DNA of 64,000 nt from Alphaproteobacteria bacterium. Lineage in GTDB: Bacteria; Pseudomonadota; Alphaproteobacteria; UBA828. The notes under the pieces are model-generated. The model was not told the DNA's origin and ran no database searches. It saw only the letters and a list, made by a program, of their open reading frames with translations. Location of the stretch: contig CAXXVO010000002.1 in assembly GCA_963422645.2 (NCBI GenBank), positions 128,001 to 192,000 on the forward strand, in the 5' to 3' direction. This document shows, piece by piece, positions 10,299 through 20,504 of the stretch. Positions within the stretch are counted from its first letter, which is position 1. Each line of letters opens with the position of its first letter. The position numbers and the translations under genes are program-made.

Positions 10299-12293
10299 TT
10301 ACAGTCTCATGCCGAGCATCCGGCCTTCGTAGAAGGCCATGCTGGCGGTGCGTGCCGCGACCATGTCGCCCACGGCGTGAAGCTCGATGGAATCGTCCGC
10401 AAGCGCGCGGGCGAGCGTGTCGTCGACCGTGTTGGTGGTCGCCAGCACGAGGCTGTCAGCCTCCACCTGCCGCTCATCGCCCGTGTGAAGGTTCACGATG
10501 GTGGCCGTGTTCCCCTCCCAGCGGGTCAGCGCATGGGCGCAGATCACCTCGACGCCCTGCTTCGCAAAGCGTTCGCGCGTGCTCGGGCCGAGATGCGAGC
10601 CATCGAGCGCCTCCGCCGCCTTCTCGGATGCGGTGACCACGGTCACGGCGTGGCCCCCCTCTGCAAGGTGGAGCGCGGTGCCGGATGCGGGCCACCAGCC
10701 GTTGAGATCGTCGAGCAGGAGGACCCGCGCGCCGGGCCGGGCGGTGCCGTCGAGAACGTCGTTCGCGGCGCAGACATTCTCCTGCTCGACGCCGGGAAGG
10801 GCATCGAGGTGGGGGAGCGCGCGCTGGAACCCGGTGCGCGTCGGCACCGAGCCGGTGGAGAGCACGACCGCATCGGCCCCAAGATCCCGGATGGCGTCGG
10901 CGGTCATTTCCGTGCCGAGCTCGACCCGGACCTGCAGCTTCTCCAGCTGGGTCCGGTACCAGCCCAGCAGCTCGTCGATCTCGTCCCGCTCGGGCTGCGC
11001 GGCGGCGAGGCGGAACTGCCCGCCGAGTTCCTCCGCCTTCTCTGCCAGCGTCACGCGGTGCCCGCGTGCCGCCGCCATCCGCGCCGCCTCCAGCCCGGCC
11101 GGGCCCCCGCCCACCACCAGCACGTGGCGGGGCGTCTCGGCCGGCGGGGCGCTGTCGCCGTCCCACGCGAACTCCCGACCGGCGGAGGGATTGACCAGGC
11201 AGGAGATGTGATAGTCCCGCATGCGCCGGCCGAGGCAGAGCTGATTGCAGGAGATGCACGGTCGGATGTCTTCCGCCCGGCCCTCGCGCGCCTTGTTGGC
11301 GAGGTGCGGATCGGCGATCTGTCCGCGCACGATGGAGACCAGATCGCAGCAGCCGCTCGCGATGGCGGCCTCGGCGCGCGCGGGCGTCTTCACCCGCGCC
11401 TCGGCCGTGACCAGTGCGTGCTTCACCACCTGCTTGATGGCGGCGGCGTCCTCCGTGCCGAGCGGCGCCGCGTAGTGGAAGCCCGGCACGATCGCCGTGA
11501 ACTTGTTGATGTAGCTACCAGTGCCGCAGGAGAAGTAGTCCGCGAGGCCGCGTTCGTCGAGCCACGCGAAGATCTCCTGCTTGTCAGCCATGGTGAGGCC
11601 ACCGGGGTAGGGCTCAGGCCCGGAGACGGTCATGCCGACGATGAAGTCCGGCCCGCAGGCCTTGCGGATGCCGTCCGCGATCTCGGTCACGAAGCGCAGC
11701 CGGTTCTCCAGGCTGCCGCCCCAGGCATCGTCGCGCCGGTTGGTCAGCGGCGACCAGAACTGGTCGATCAGGCAGGAATAGCCGGCGAAGAGGTCGACCC
11801 CGTCGAAGCCGCCCTTCTGGTCGCGCAGCGCTTGGTCGATGAAGGCCTGGATGAGCTCGCGGATCTCGGGCTCGCTCATGGCGTGGCTGCCCCAGGGGTC
11901 GTGGTGGCTGACCTGGCCGGAGGGGGACCAGTAGGGCGCCCAGGAGTTGTCCTGATCGCCGTGGGCGCCCACATGATAGATCTGGTGGCACATGACGGTG
12001 CCGTGGCTGTGGCACTCGTCGGTAATCTTGCGGAAGTGGGGTATCACCGCGTCGTCGGCCATGAAGTTGCCGCGCGTGAGGATCGCCGTCGGATGCGGCG
12101 GGGTGGGCTCCACCACGATCATGCCGGCGCCGCCGCGCGCGCGCTCCCGGTAGTAGCCGAAGTGCCGGTCGGCCGGCAGCCCGCCTTCCGCCATGTTCGC
12201 GGTGTGCGCGCCGAAGACGATGCGGCAGCGGAGCGTATGCCCGCGCAGGCGCGCCGGCGCGAACAGGTTCGGGAAGTGTCCAGGCTCCGTCAT
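10299..12293 (-). CDS. NADH:flavin oxidoreductase (OYE barrel + 4Fe-4S + FAD domain; TMADH/StcD-like)
   Basis: RARGGAG, NRRDDAWGGSLENRLRF, CISCNQLC, GGGPAGLEAA; 664 aa. Confidence 0.88.
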   Translation of the reverse strand: MTEPGHFPNLFAPARLRGHTLRCRIVFGAHTANMAEGGLPADRHFGYYRERARGGAGMIVVEPTPPHPTAILTRGNFMADDAVIPHFRKITDECHSHGTVMCHQIYHVGAHGDQDNSWAPYWSPSGQVSHHDPWGSHAMSEPEIRELIQAFIDQALRDQKGGFDGVDLFAGYSCLIDQFWSPLTNRRDDAWGGSLENRLRFVTEIADGIRKACGPDFIVGMTVSGPEPYPGGLTMADKQEIFAWLDERGLADYFSCGTGSYINKFTAIVPGFHYAAPLGTEDAAAIKQVVKHALVTAEARVKTPARAEAAIASGCCDLVSIVRGQIADPHLANKAREGRAEDIRPCISCNQLCLGRRMRDYHISCLVNPSAGREFAWDGDSAPPAETPRHVLVVGGGPAGLEAARMAAARGHRVTLAEKAEELGGQFRLAAAQPERDEIDELLGWYRTQLEKLQVRVELGTEMTADAIRDLGADAVVLSTGSVPTRTGFQRALPHLDALPGVEQENVCAANDVLDGTARPGARVLLLDDLNGWWPASGTALHLAEGGHAVTVVTASEKAAEALDGSHLGPSTRERFAKQGVEVICAHALTRWEGNTATIVNLHTGDERQVEADSLVLATTNTVDDTLARALADDSIELHAVGDMVAARTASMAFYEGRMLGMRL

Positions 12294-12426
12294 CGCGTGC
12301 CCCCTACGGCTTCGGCCACGTGCGGCTACGCCGCGCCACCCACGGCGTAGCCAGTAACGATATCACCATCTGTACCGGCAGGTTTTCGTGGACATCGCGG
12401 CGATGGCATGACATCAGGCACCCACC

Positions 12427-13341
12427 ATGACCTGCGAGAGCGTGAGCTTCTACAGCGAGGGTGTGCGGCTCGAGGGCGATCTCTATCGGCCCAAGGGTGC
12501 AAGCACGGACGAGTTGCGCGCCGGCATCGTGCTTTGCCACGGCTACACCGGCGTGAAGAGCCTCTATCTGCCCGATAACGCGCGGGTGCTGACGGAGGCG
12601 GGCTACGTGGTGCTCGCCTTCGACTACAAGGGTTGGGGCGCGAGCGAAGGGCCGCGCGCCAGACTCGCACCCTTCAGCCGCGTTGCCGACGTGCAGGCCG
12701 CGCTCACCTTCTTGGGGACCCGGCCGGGGGTCGACCGCACCCACCTTGGCCTCTACGGCACCAGCTACGGCGGCGCCACGGTGATCTGGACGGCCGCAAT
12801 CGACGAACGCGTGCGCTGCGTGGTGAGCGTGGTGGGAGTGGGCGACGGCAGACGCTGGATGCGGAGCGTGCGCCGGCCGGACGAATGGCACGACCTGCTC
12901 GAGAGCGCGCGCGAGGATCGGGAGCAAGCGGTGGAGAGCGGCGAGTCCGCGCTCGCCGAGCGCGACGAGATACTTCTGCAAGATCGGGCGTCCGCCGCGC
13001 TCTCGGCGGCAGCGCGGGCCAACAATCCCGACGCGGTCTCGACCGTGCCGGCCTCATTCATCGACGAGACGCTTTCCTTCCACGCCGACTGGGTGGTGGG
13101 GAAGATCGCCCCGCGCCCCCTCCTGCTCATCACCACCGAGGACGACCGGCTGGTGCCGCCGGAGCAATCGCGAGCCCTCTACAACCTCGCCGGCGAGCCC
13201 AAGAAGCTCATCGTGCTCAAGGGCTACGGACACTACGACGTCTATGCCGAGCCCGCTTTCGGCGAGGTCATGGCGGCGACGCTCTCGTGGTACCGGGCGC
13301 ACCTGCCGGCACAGTCTCTCGACGCTCCATCGACAGGCTGA
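12427..13341 (+). CDS. Alpha/beta hydrolase
   Basis: CHGYTG, FDYKGWGASEG, GTSYGG, GHYDVY. Confidence 0.85.
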   Translation: MTCESVSFYSEGVRLEGDLYRPKGASTDELRAGIVLCHGYTGVKSLYLPDNARVLTEAGYVVLAFDYKGWGASEGPRARLAPFSRVADVQAALTFLGTRPGVDRTHLGLYGTSYGGATVIWTAAIDERVRCVVSVVGVGDGRRWMRSVRRPDEWHDLLESAREDREQAVESGESALAERDEILLQDRASAALSAAARANNPDAVSTVPASFIDETLSFHADWVVGKIAPRPLLLITTEDDRLVPPEQSRALYNLAGEPKKLIVLKGYGHYDVYAEPAFGEVMAATLSWYRAHLPAQSLDAPSTG

Positions 13342-13344
13342 TCC

Positions 13345-14343
13345 ATGACCGAGCCCGTGACAATCAGGCTGGAGCCCTCCGGCGACAGCTTCACCTGTGG
13401 CCCGGGCGAGACCATCCTGCGCGCTGGGCTCGCGGCGGGCTTCGCCATGCCCTACGAATGCGCGAGCGGAAGCTGCAGCTCGTGCAAGGGGCGGCTGATC
13501 GAGGGCAAGGTGGATCACCTCTGGCCCGAGGCGACCGGGCTGAGCGAGCGCGACCGGCGCAAGGGCGACCGCATCCTCTGCTGCCAGGCGCTGCCTCAGG
13601 GCGACTGCAGGGTCCAGGTGCGCCTCGGCCCGGTGGAGGGTGCGCGGGAAGAGCCCAGGCCTGCGCCCTTTAGCGCCACCGTCGAGACGCTGGAGCGCCT
13701 GGTGCCGGGCGTGATCGCGTTCAGTTGCAGGCCGGCGCAGCCCGTCCCCTTCCTGCCCGGGCAGTACGTGCTGCTGCAGGTACCGGGCGGCGAGCGCCGC
13801 GCCTACTCGATGGCCAACACCGAGGCGGAGACCTTGGACTTCATCGCCAAGGAGAAGCCGGGCGGCCACGCGTCCCGCTATCTCTTCGACGAACTTGCCA
13901 CAGGCGGCACGGTGAACCTGGAGGGGCCCTACGGCCGCGCCTACCTGCGCACCCCGCCGGAGCGCGAGATCGTCTGCGTCGCCGGCGGCTCCGGGCTCGC
14001 GCCGATACTCTCGGTGGTCGAGGGGGCGCTCGCCAGGCCCGATACCCCCGGCGTCCGGCTCTTCTTCGGCGCGAACACGGCCGAGGAGCTCTTCATGGTG
14101 GACGAGATGGAGGCGCTTGCGGCCGCGCACGATCGACTCTCGCTCACGCTGGCCGTCCGCGACGGCGCGCCGGGCGCGGCCACCGGCCTGGTCGGCGATG
14201 TCGCGCTGGCGGCGATGGAAGACCTTGACGACTGCGACTTCTACATGGCCGGCCCGCCGGGGCTGATCGACGCGCTGCTCCGCCCCGTCATGCGCAGCCG
14301 CAAGGCCCGGCCCGAGCGCATCTTCTTCGACCGCTTTTACTAG
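13345..14343 (+). CDS. 2Fe-2S ferredoxin-FAD/NAD reductase (multicomponent monooxygenase reductase-like)
   Basis: CASGSCSSC..CC, RAYS, GPYG, AGGSGLAP, AGPP, FFDRFY. Confidence 0.88.
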   Translation: MTEPVTIRLEPSGDSFTCGPGETILRAGLAAGFAMPYECASGSCSSCKGRLIEGKVDHLWPEATGLSERDRRKGDRILCCQALPQGDCRVQVRLGPVEGAREEPRPAPFSATVETLERLVPGVIAFSCRPAQPVPFLPGQYVLLQVPGGERRAYSMANTEAETLDFIAKEKPGGHASRYLFDELATGGTVNLEGPYGRAYLRTPPEREIVCVAGGSGLAPILSVVEGALARPDTPGVRLFFGANTAEELFMVDEMEALAAAHDRLSLTLAVRDGAPGAATGLVGDVALAAMEDLDDCDFYMAGPPGLIDALLRPVMRSRKARPERIFFDRFY

Positions 14344-15525
14344 TCACCTGGCACTGAAGTAGGGTTCATTGTAGGGTGGCTCTCCGAGTCGGACAGAGGA
14401 GGTCATCTCGATGGCGCGCGGTACGGGACGGCCGCTGGCGGCCCTGGTCTTGAGCGGTGAGGAGCGGTCGTTTCTGGAAGCGCAGGTTCGCCGCCACCGT
14501 GTGGCGCGCTCCATGTCGGATCGCTGCCGCATGATCCTGCTTTGCGCGGACGGGCTTGGCAACAAGGCGGTGGCCGCAGAGATCGGCGTGCACGAACACA
14601 CCGTCGGCAAGTGGCGGAGGCGCTTCGTCAAGGACCGCATCGAGGGTCTGTCGGACGAACCCCGGCCGGGACGGCCGCGGACCATCGCGGACGAGAAGGT
14701 GGCGCAAGTGATCGAGCGGACGCTCACCTCGACGCCTGCGGACGCCACCCACTGGTCGCTGCGCTCGATGGCGAAGGAGGCGGGGCTGTCGCACACGTCG
14801 ATCTGGCGCATCTGGGGCGCCTTCGGCCTGCAGCCCCATCGGGCCGAGACCTTCAAGCTGTCGGCCTATCCGCACTTCGTGGAGAAGGTCCGCGACATCG
14901 TAGGCCTCTACATGTCGCCGCCGGATCGCGCGCTGGTGCTCTGCGTCGACGAGAAGAGCCAGATCCAGGCCCTCGACCGTACACAGCCGGTCCTGCCGAT
15001 GCTGCCGGGCATCCCTGAGCGGCGCACCCATGACTACAAGCGCAACGGCACGACCTCGCTCTTCGCCGCCCTCGACGTTGCCACCGGCTCGGTCATAGGC
15101 AAGTGCTATCGCCGCCACCGGGCCAGGGAGTTCCTCGACTTCCTGAAGGTGATCGATCGCAATGTCCCGGACGGACTGGACATCCACGTCGTCATGGACA
15201 ACTACGCCACCCACAAGACGGCGGGGGTCAAGGCCTGGCTGGCGCGGCGTCCGCATTGGCACGTTCACTTCACGCCGACGTCGGCGTCGTGGATCAACCA
15301 GGTCGAACGCTGGTTCGCCGAGCTGACACGCAAGCAGCTGCAACGCGGGGTGCACCGCTCCACCCTCCAGCTCGAGGCCGACATCCGCGCTTTCATCGAA
15401 ACCCACAACGAAAATCCTCGACCCTTCAGGTGGACCAAATCAGCCGACGACATCCTCGCTGCCGTCAAGCGCTTCTGCCTTCGGGTCGAACAAAACTTAT
15501 GCCACGAACTTTAGATTCAGGTGAC
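14343..15525 (+). mobile_element. IS630 family element, copy 1 (1183 bp)
   Basis: GTCACCTG...CAGGTGAC ends, TA on both flanks. Confidence 0.92.
14411..15514 (+). CDS. IS630 transposase
   Basis: [31 protein letters not shown]. Confidence 0.95.
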   Translation: MARGTGRPLAALVLSGEERSFLEAQVRRHRVARSMSDRCRMILLCADGLGNKAVAAEIGVHEHTVGKWRRRFVKDRIEGLSDEPRPGRPRTIADEKVAQVIERTLTSTPADATHWSLRSMAKEAGLSHTSIWRIWGAFGLQPHRAETFKLSAYPHFVEKVRDIVGLYMSPPDRALVLCVDEKSQIQALDRTQPVLPMLPGIPERRTHDYKRNGTTSLFAALDVATGSVIGKCYRRHRAREFLDFLKVIDRNVPDGLDIHVVMDNYATHKTAGVKAWLARRPHWHVHFTPTSASWINQVERWFAELTRKQLQRGVHRSTLQLEADIRAFIETHNENPRPFRWTKSADDILAAVKRFCLRVEQNLCHEL

Positions 15526-15527
15526 TA

Positions 15528-16710
15528 GTCACCTGGCACTGAAGCAGGGTTCATTGTAGGGTGGCTCTCCGAGTCGGACAGAGGAGGTCATCTCGATGGC
15601 GCGCGGTACGGGACGGCCGCTGGCGGCCCTGGTCTTGAGCGGTGAGGAGCGGTCGTTTCTGGAAGCGCAGGTTCGCCGCCACCGTGTGGCGCGCTCCATG
15701 TCGGATCGCTGCCGCATGATCCTGCTTTGCGCGGACGGGCTTGGCAACAAGGCGGTGGCCGCAGAGATCGGCGTGCACGAACACACCGTCGGCAAGTGGC
15801 GGAGGCGCTTCGTCAAGGACCGCATCGAGGGTCTGTCGGACGAACCCCGGCCGGGACGGCCGCGGACCATCGCGGACGAGAAGGTGGCGCAAGTGATCGA
15901 GCGGACGCTCACCTCGACGCCTGCGGACGCCACCCACTGGTCGCTGCGCTCGATGGCGAAGGAGGCGGGGCTGTCGCACACGTCGATCTGGCGCATCTGG
16001 GGCGCCTTCGGCCTGCAGCCCCATCGGGCCGAGACCTTCAAGCTGTCGGCCTATCCGCACTTCGTGGAGAAGGTCCGCGACATCGTAGGCCTCTACATGT
16101 CGCCGCCGGATCGCGCGCTGGTGCTCTGCGTCGACGAGAAGAGCCAGATCCAGGCCCTCGACCGTACACAGCCGGTCCTGCCGATGCTGCCGGGCATCCC
16201 TGAGCGGCGCACCCATGACTACAAGCGCAACGGCACGACCTCGCTCTTCGCCGCCCTCGACGTTGCCACCGGCTCGGTCATAGGCAAGTGCTATCGCCGC
16301 CACCGGGCCAGGGAGTTCCTCGACTTCCTGAAGGTGATCGATCGCAATGTCCCGGACGGACTGGACATCCACGTCGTCATGGACAACTACGCCACCCACA
16401 AGACGGCGGGGGTCAAGGCCTGGCTGGCGCGGCGTCCGCATTGGCACGTTCACTTCACGCCGACGTCGGCGTCGTGGATCAACCAGGTCGAACGCTGGTT
16501 CGCCGAGCTGACACGCAAGCAGCTGCAACGCGGGGTGCACCGCTCCACCCTCCAGCTCGAGGCCGACATCCGCGCTTTCATCGAAACCCACAACGAAAAT
16601 CCTCGACCCTTCAGGTGGACCAAATCAGCCGACGACATCCTCGCTGCCGTCAAGCGCTTCTGCCTTCGGGTCGAACAAAACTTATGCCACGAACTTTAGA
16701 TTTAGGTGAC
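15528..16710 (+). mobile_element. IS630 family element, copy 2 (tandem)
   Basis: Near-identical to copy 1, separated from it by one TA (15526-15527). Confidence 0.92.
15596..16699 (+). CDS. IS630 transposase
   Basis: Protein identical to 14411-15514. Confidence 0.95.
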   Translation: MARGTGRPLAALVLSGEERSFLEAQVRRHRVARSMSDRCRMILLCADGLGNKAVAAEIGVHEHTVGKWRRRFVKDRIEGLSDEPRPGRPRTIADEKVAQVIERTLTSTPADATHWSLRSMAKEAGLSHTSIWRIWGAFGLQPHRAETFKLSAYPHFVEKVRDIVGLYMSPPDRALVLCVDEKSQIQALDRTQPVLPMLPGIPERRTHDYKRNGTTSLFAALDVATGSVIGKCYRRHRAREFLDFLKVIDRNVPDGLDIHVVMDNYATHKTAGVKAWLARRPHWHVHFTPTSASWINQVERWFAELTRKQLQRGVHRSTLQLEADIRAFIETHNENPRPFRWTKSADDILAAVKRFCLRVEQNLCHEL

Positions 16711-17016
16711 TAGGGCGTGGACTCATTAGCGCGCAACCAGATGCGGATTGTGGCGAGTTTGATCATCGCGAGGTAGTTTGCGGCGAGTTTTTCGTAGCGT
16801 GTTGCGGTGCACCTGAACTGCTTGAGTTTGGTGAAGAATCGCTCGACCCGATTACGCAGGCGGTGGAGAATGTGACTGAAGGCATGGGCAGCCTTGGCGT
16901 TGCTGCGGTCGGGAATGATCGCCACGGCGTCCTGCGCCTCGATCATCGTTCTGATCCATTCGGCGTCGTAGGCCTTGTCGCCGAGGAGGAAGCTGTCTGC
17001 AGGAAGTTGATCTTCG
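16710..17016 (-). pseudogene. IS5-family transposase 3' remnant with right end
   Basis: LGDKAYDAEWIR...RNRVERFFTKLKQFR..ATRYEK...WLRANESTP*; cut at 17016 by the IS66-type element. Confidence 0.8.
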
Positions 17017-17111
17017 GTAACTACCCAGGTACCCCGCCGCCAGTTCTGAGTGCGTGCTGATGTTGCTTGCCGTCGGTGCCGTTTCGCCGTCGGCGCGTCG
17101 TTGATCCCCGC

Positions 17112-17140
17112 TTGACTGTATAGGTTCTCTCGCCTATGGG
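17112..17140 (+). promoter_or_regulatory. Putative sigma70-like promoter of the MTase-transposase operon
   Basis: TTGACT-N17-TATGGG; the divergent variant keeps TTGACC-N17-TATGGA at 31681-31709. Confidence 0.5.
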
Positions 17141-17168
17141 TTGCACTCTCGCATGAGAGGAGCAGCCG

Positions 17169-17837
17169 GTGGGGTATTTCGGGTCGAAGGCGACGACCGG
17201 TCTGAGCCAGGCGCTGATTGCGCTGATGCCGCGGCACTCTGTCTATATCGAGAGCCATCTTGGGGGCGGGGCGCTGATGAAGCGCAAGCCTGCGGCCATG
17301 CGCTCGATCGGGATCGACCGCGACGAGCGGGCGCTTGAGGCCTTTGGCTGCGACTACCCGGTGGAGTTGGTGCACGGCTGCGCCCATTCCTTCCTGGCCT
17401 CGTTCCCGTTTCTGGGCCCGGAGCTGGTCTACAGCGATCCGCCCTATCTGCACGCGACCCGGCGTTCGTCGCAGCGCTACCGCTTCGAGTACGAGGAGGC
17501 CGACCACGTCGCGCTCCTCGAACTGCTCAAGGGTCTGCCCTGCCAGGTGATGGTCTCGGGCCACCCGTCTGCGCTCTATGACGAGCTGCTGGCGGGCTGG
17601 CGCCGGCTGGCGCTGCAGGTGACGACCCAGGCCCAGGTGCGGACCGAGGTCGTGTGGTTCAACTTCGCGCCTGACCGGGTGCACTGGGCGAGCTTCGCCG
17701 GCCGGAACTTCACCGAGCGCCAGTGCATCAAGCGCAAGGCGGCCAACTGGGGCCGGCGCTACGAGGCCATGCCGGCGGGCGAACGCCTGGCGGTGCTGGC
17801 CGCGATCATGGCCGTCGAGGCCGACGAGGGTTCGTGA
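17169..17837 (+). CDS. Compact Dam/D12-like DNA N6-adenine methyltransferase
   Basis: YFGSK (motif X), ESHLGGGA (motif I variant), DPPY (motif IV), TEVVWFNF. Confidence 0.82.
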   Translation: MGYFGSKATTGLSQALIALMPRHSVYIESHLGGGALMKRKPAAMRSIGIDRDERALEAFGCDYPVELVHGCAHSFLASFPFLGPELVYSDPPYLHATRRSSQRYRFEYEEADHVALLELLKGLPCQVMVSGHPSALYDELLAGWRRLALQVTTQAQVRTEVVWFNFAPDRVHWASFAGRNFTERQCIKRKAANWGRRYEAMPAGERLAVLAAIMAVEADEGS

Positions 17838-19376
17838 CAGTGTCGCGCTGGCACGAGGACCTCGCTGCCCACGACGAGGCCTTCGCGTGCCTGCAGGACC
17901 TTTTCACCCCACAATCCTTCGCAATGACCGCCGTCAAAGCCATTCGGGAATGGGGCCAGAGGTTGCTGCGCCTGAGCGCGGCCCTGGTCAAGGAGAACGA
18001 CGCGCTGGAGCGGGAGAACGCCCGCTTGCGCGAGCGGATCGCCGAACTCGAGCGCAGCGCCGCGCTCGACAGCACCACCAGCTCCAAGCCGCCGGCCAGC
18101 GACGGTCTGAAGAAGAAGAGCGGTGACCGGGAGAAGCGCACCCGGAGCCAGCGCGGCAAGTCCGACAGGCCCAGTGGCGGCCAGCCGGGCCACAAGGGAA
18201 CTACCCTGGAGCGGACCGCGACGCCCGACCATGTCGTCGATCATGATCCCGTCCGCCTGTGAGGGCTGCGGCGCGCCGCTGTCGGACGCTGACCGTCACG
18301 GAGCCCCCGTCTGCCGGCAGGTCTTCGATGTGCCCGAGCCGCAGCCCCTCGAGGTCACCGAACATCGCGGCCATCGTTGCCTCTGCGCTGCCTGCGGCAC
18401 CGTGACGACAGCCGTCTTCCCGAACGGCGTGAGCGCACCGGTCCAATACGGGCCGCGCATCACCGCGTGGGTGACCTACCTGCTGCACGCTCAGTTCATT
18501 CCCGAGAAGCGGGTCGCCGAGGTCATGAGCGACCTCTTCGCGGTCAAGCTCTCAACAGCCACCATCGTCGCCATGGGAAGGCGCACCGCCCGGCGCTTCG
18601 AGGGCTTCCTCGATCGCCTCGCGGAGATCATCCGCACCGCAGCCCCAGTCAAACACCTCGACGAGACCGGCATCCGCATCGCCGCCCGGACCCATTGGCT
18701 CCATGTGCTGTGCACCCCGTTGCTCACCATCCTGCGCGTCGCCACCGGGCGCAGCCACATCGACGAGAAGCTCAACGGCATCGTCATCCATGACGACTAC
18801 GCCACCTACTTCGCTCTCGAGGGCGTGCGCCACGGGGCCTGCAACGCCCATCACCTGCGCGAGCTCCAAGCCCTCATCGAGATCGAGAAGGAAGACTGGG
18901 CAACGAGCACGCACCGGCTCCTCATCCGTGCCAACAGAGCCGCCCGCTTCGCCCACAAGAACGACCGCGACGTGCCCGCCTCACTGGTGGCCCGCATCTC
19001 GCGAGCCTGGGACCGCATCCTCGAACGTGCCATCGCCTCTCACGAAGAAATGCCACCGCTCCAGACCGGAAAGCGCGGACGACAAAAGCGCCGCATCGGT
19101 CACAACCTCGCCCTCCGACTCCAGAAGTACAAGGAGGGGTGCCTGCGCTTCCTCACCGATCCGCGAACCCCCTTCTCCAACAACGAGGCCGAGCGCGACC
19201 TCCGAATGGGCAAGCTGCGCCAGAAAATCTCAGGCGGCTTCCGCTCGATACAAGGCGCCCGCGACTTCGCAAACCTGCGATCCGTCATCGCCACCGCTCG
19301 AAAACAGCGCTGGAATGTCCTCGAAACCCTGGCGCACCCCGATCCAATCCAGCTGATCCCCGTATTGCGCTTCTGA
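17834..19376 (+). pseudogene. IS66 TnpC-type transposase, +1 frameshift near 18248
   Basis: SSKPPASDG, GGQPGHKG, zinc finger, LDETG, CNAHHLREL, NNEAERDLR; extra C compared with copy B. Confidence 0.88.
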
Positions 19377-19510
19377 AATCCTGCGCTGCTCCGGGAAAGC
19401 GCCGCCTGACCCCTGGCTGGTCAGAACCATCAATCCATCACGTCCGAGTGCTCGGCAGAATCAGACCTGGGCAGTTACATGGCGGCCACAGGACTTTGAC
19501 TTGCATCCCA

Positions 19511-19531
19511 TGATAGCATAATTTGCTGGCA
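19511..19531. promoter_or_regulatory. Putative TA operator
   Basis: TGATAGCA...TGCTGGCA upstream of the antitoxin; TGATAGCA is the known Neisseria FitAB operator half-site. Confidence 0.4.
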
Positions 19532-19575
19532 AAATAGCCTATGAGCAGGCTGCCAACCCTGCCGGAGCCGCCGAC

Positions 19576-19833
19576 ATGAGCACAAGCATTACCGTCCGCG
19601 ACATCGATCCCGGAGACAAGTCCTGGCTCCGACGCGAAGCCCGCCAGATCGGCGTGTCAATGGAAGAGCTGGTCCGCCGTCTGATCCACGAGAAGCGTAC
19701 CAGGACCGAGCGCCGTCTGAAACCGTCCGAGGTCTTCGCACGGCATTTCGGGGAGGAGCACGGCGTCGAGCTTCCGCCTCCGCTCCGTCGCGGCTATCAG
19801 TCGCTGTCGTTCTCCCGTGAGGACGAGGAATGA
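19576..19833 (+). CDS. FitA/VapB-like ribbon-helix-helix antitoxin
   Basis: SITVRDID...LRREA...GVSMEELVR; ATGA overlap with PIN gene. Confidence 0.8.
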   Translation: MSTSITVRDIDPGDKSWLRREARQIGVSMEELVRRLIHEKRTRTERRLKPSEVFARHFGEEHGVELPPPLRRGYQSLSFSREDEE

Positions 19834-20279
19834 CCGCCTCACTGGCGTGGCTGATCGACACGAACGTCGTCTCCGAAATGATGCGACAGCGGCCCGAGCC
19901 GGGGGTCGGGGCTTTTCTCGATTCGATTGCCGACGAGGGCCTTGGCCTCGCCTCCATCACCGTCTGGGAGGTGCTTGACGGCATCGGCCGGCTCGACCCC
20001 GGCCGGCGACGGCGCGACCTCGCTGACCGGTTCCAGGACCTTGTCGACGAGTTGTTCGAGGACCGGATCGTCGAGTGGTCCTTGGCCGATGCGCAGGCAT
20101 GCGCGCGGATCATGGAAGAAAAGCGCCGGCGCGGGGAGGCGCTCGACGACCATGTACCGGATGCCTTCCTCGCCGCGGCGGCCGCCACGCGAGGCCTCGC
20201 CGTCGTGACCCGCAACGCGGGCGAGTTCCGCAATACCGGCGTTAAGACTGTCGATCCATGGACGGCAGGACCGCGATGA
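19830..20279 (+). CDS. vapC: VapC/FitB PIN-domain toxin
   Basis: LIDTNVVSE, DAFLAAAA, VVTRN. Confidence 0.9.
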   Translation: MTASLAWLIDTNVVSEMMRQRPEPGVGAFLDSIADEGLGLASITVWEVLDGIGRLDPGRRRRDLADRFQDLVDELFEDRIVEWSLADAQACARIMEEKRRRGEALDDHVPDAFLAAAAATRGLAVVTRNAGEFRNTGVKTVDPWTAGPR

Positions 20280-20384
20280 GGATGGTTCCCAACACGGGAC
20301 ATCGTCGTTCGGTCGACGTCGTCCGGTCTGGGAGGCTATTTGCCGTCGGGGCGGCCGTTCAGGACTTGCCTCGCTGTGGTAGCG

Positions 20385-20476
20385 TGTTGTTAAGCGTCGA
20401 ATCCTGACCCCCTAGTATCTAGCTTTCTCAATAGGTTACAGTGCCGATCGGCGTCAAACACCTGCGCCGAACAACA
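20385..20476 (+). mobile_element. IS21-type MITE (92 bp)
   Basis: Ends TGTTGTTAAGCG...CGCCGAACAACA; first 13 bp and TGACCCCCTA shared with the IS21 end at 34384. Confidence 0.7.
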
Positions 20477-20504
20477 CTCTAGGCGGGCTGGAGGTGGACT
20501 GAAC

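Larger units (their letters stand above)
17017..19478 (+). mobile_element. IS66-family (single-transposase type) element with DNA methyltransferase passenger, copy A
   Basis: IRs GTAACTACCCAGGT / GTAACTGCCCAGGT; encloses MTase + transposase; no TSD retained. Confidence 0.9.

Noticed and set aside
18240-18256. Programmed frameshift in the IS66 transposase
   Set aside because: Copy B lacks this extra base and copy C is intact in a single frame; no slippery motif.
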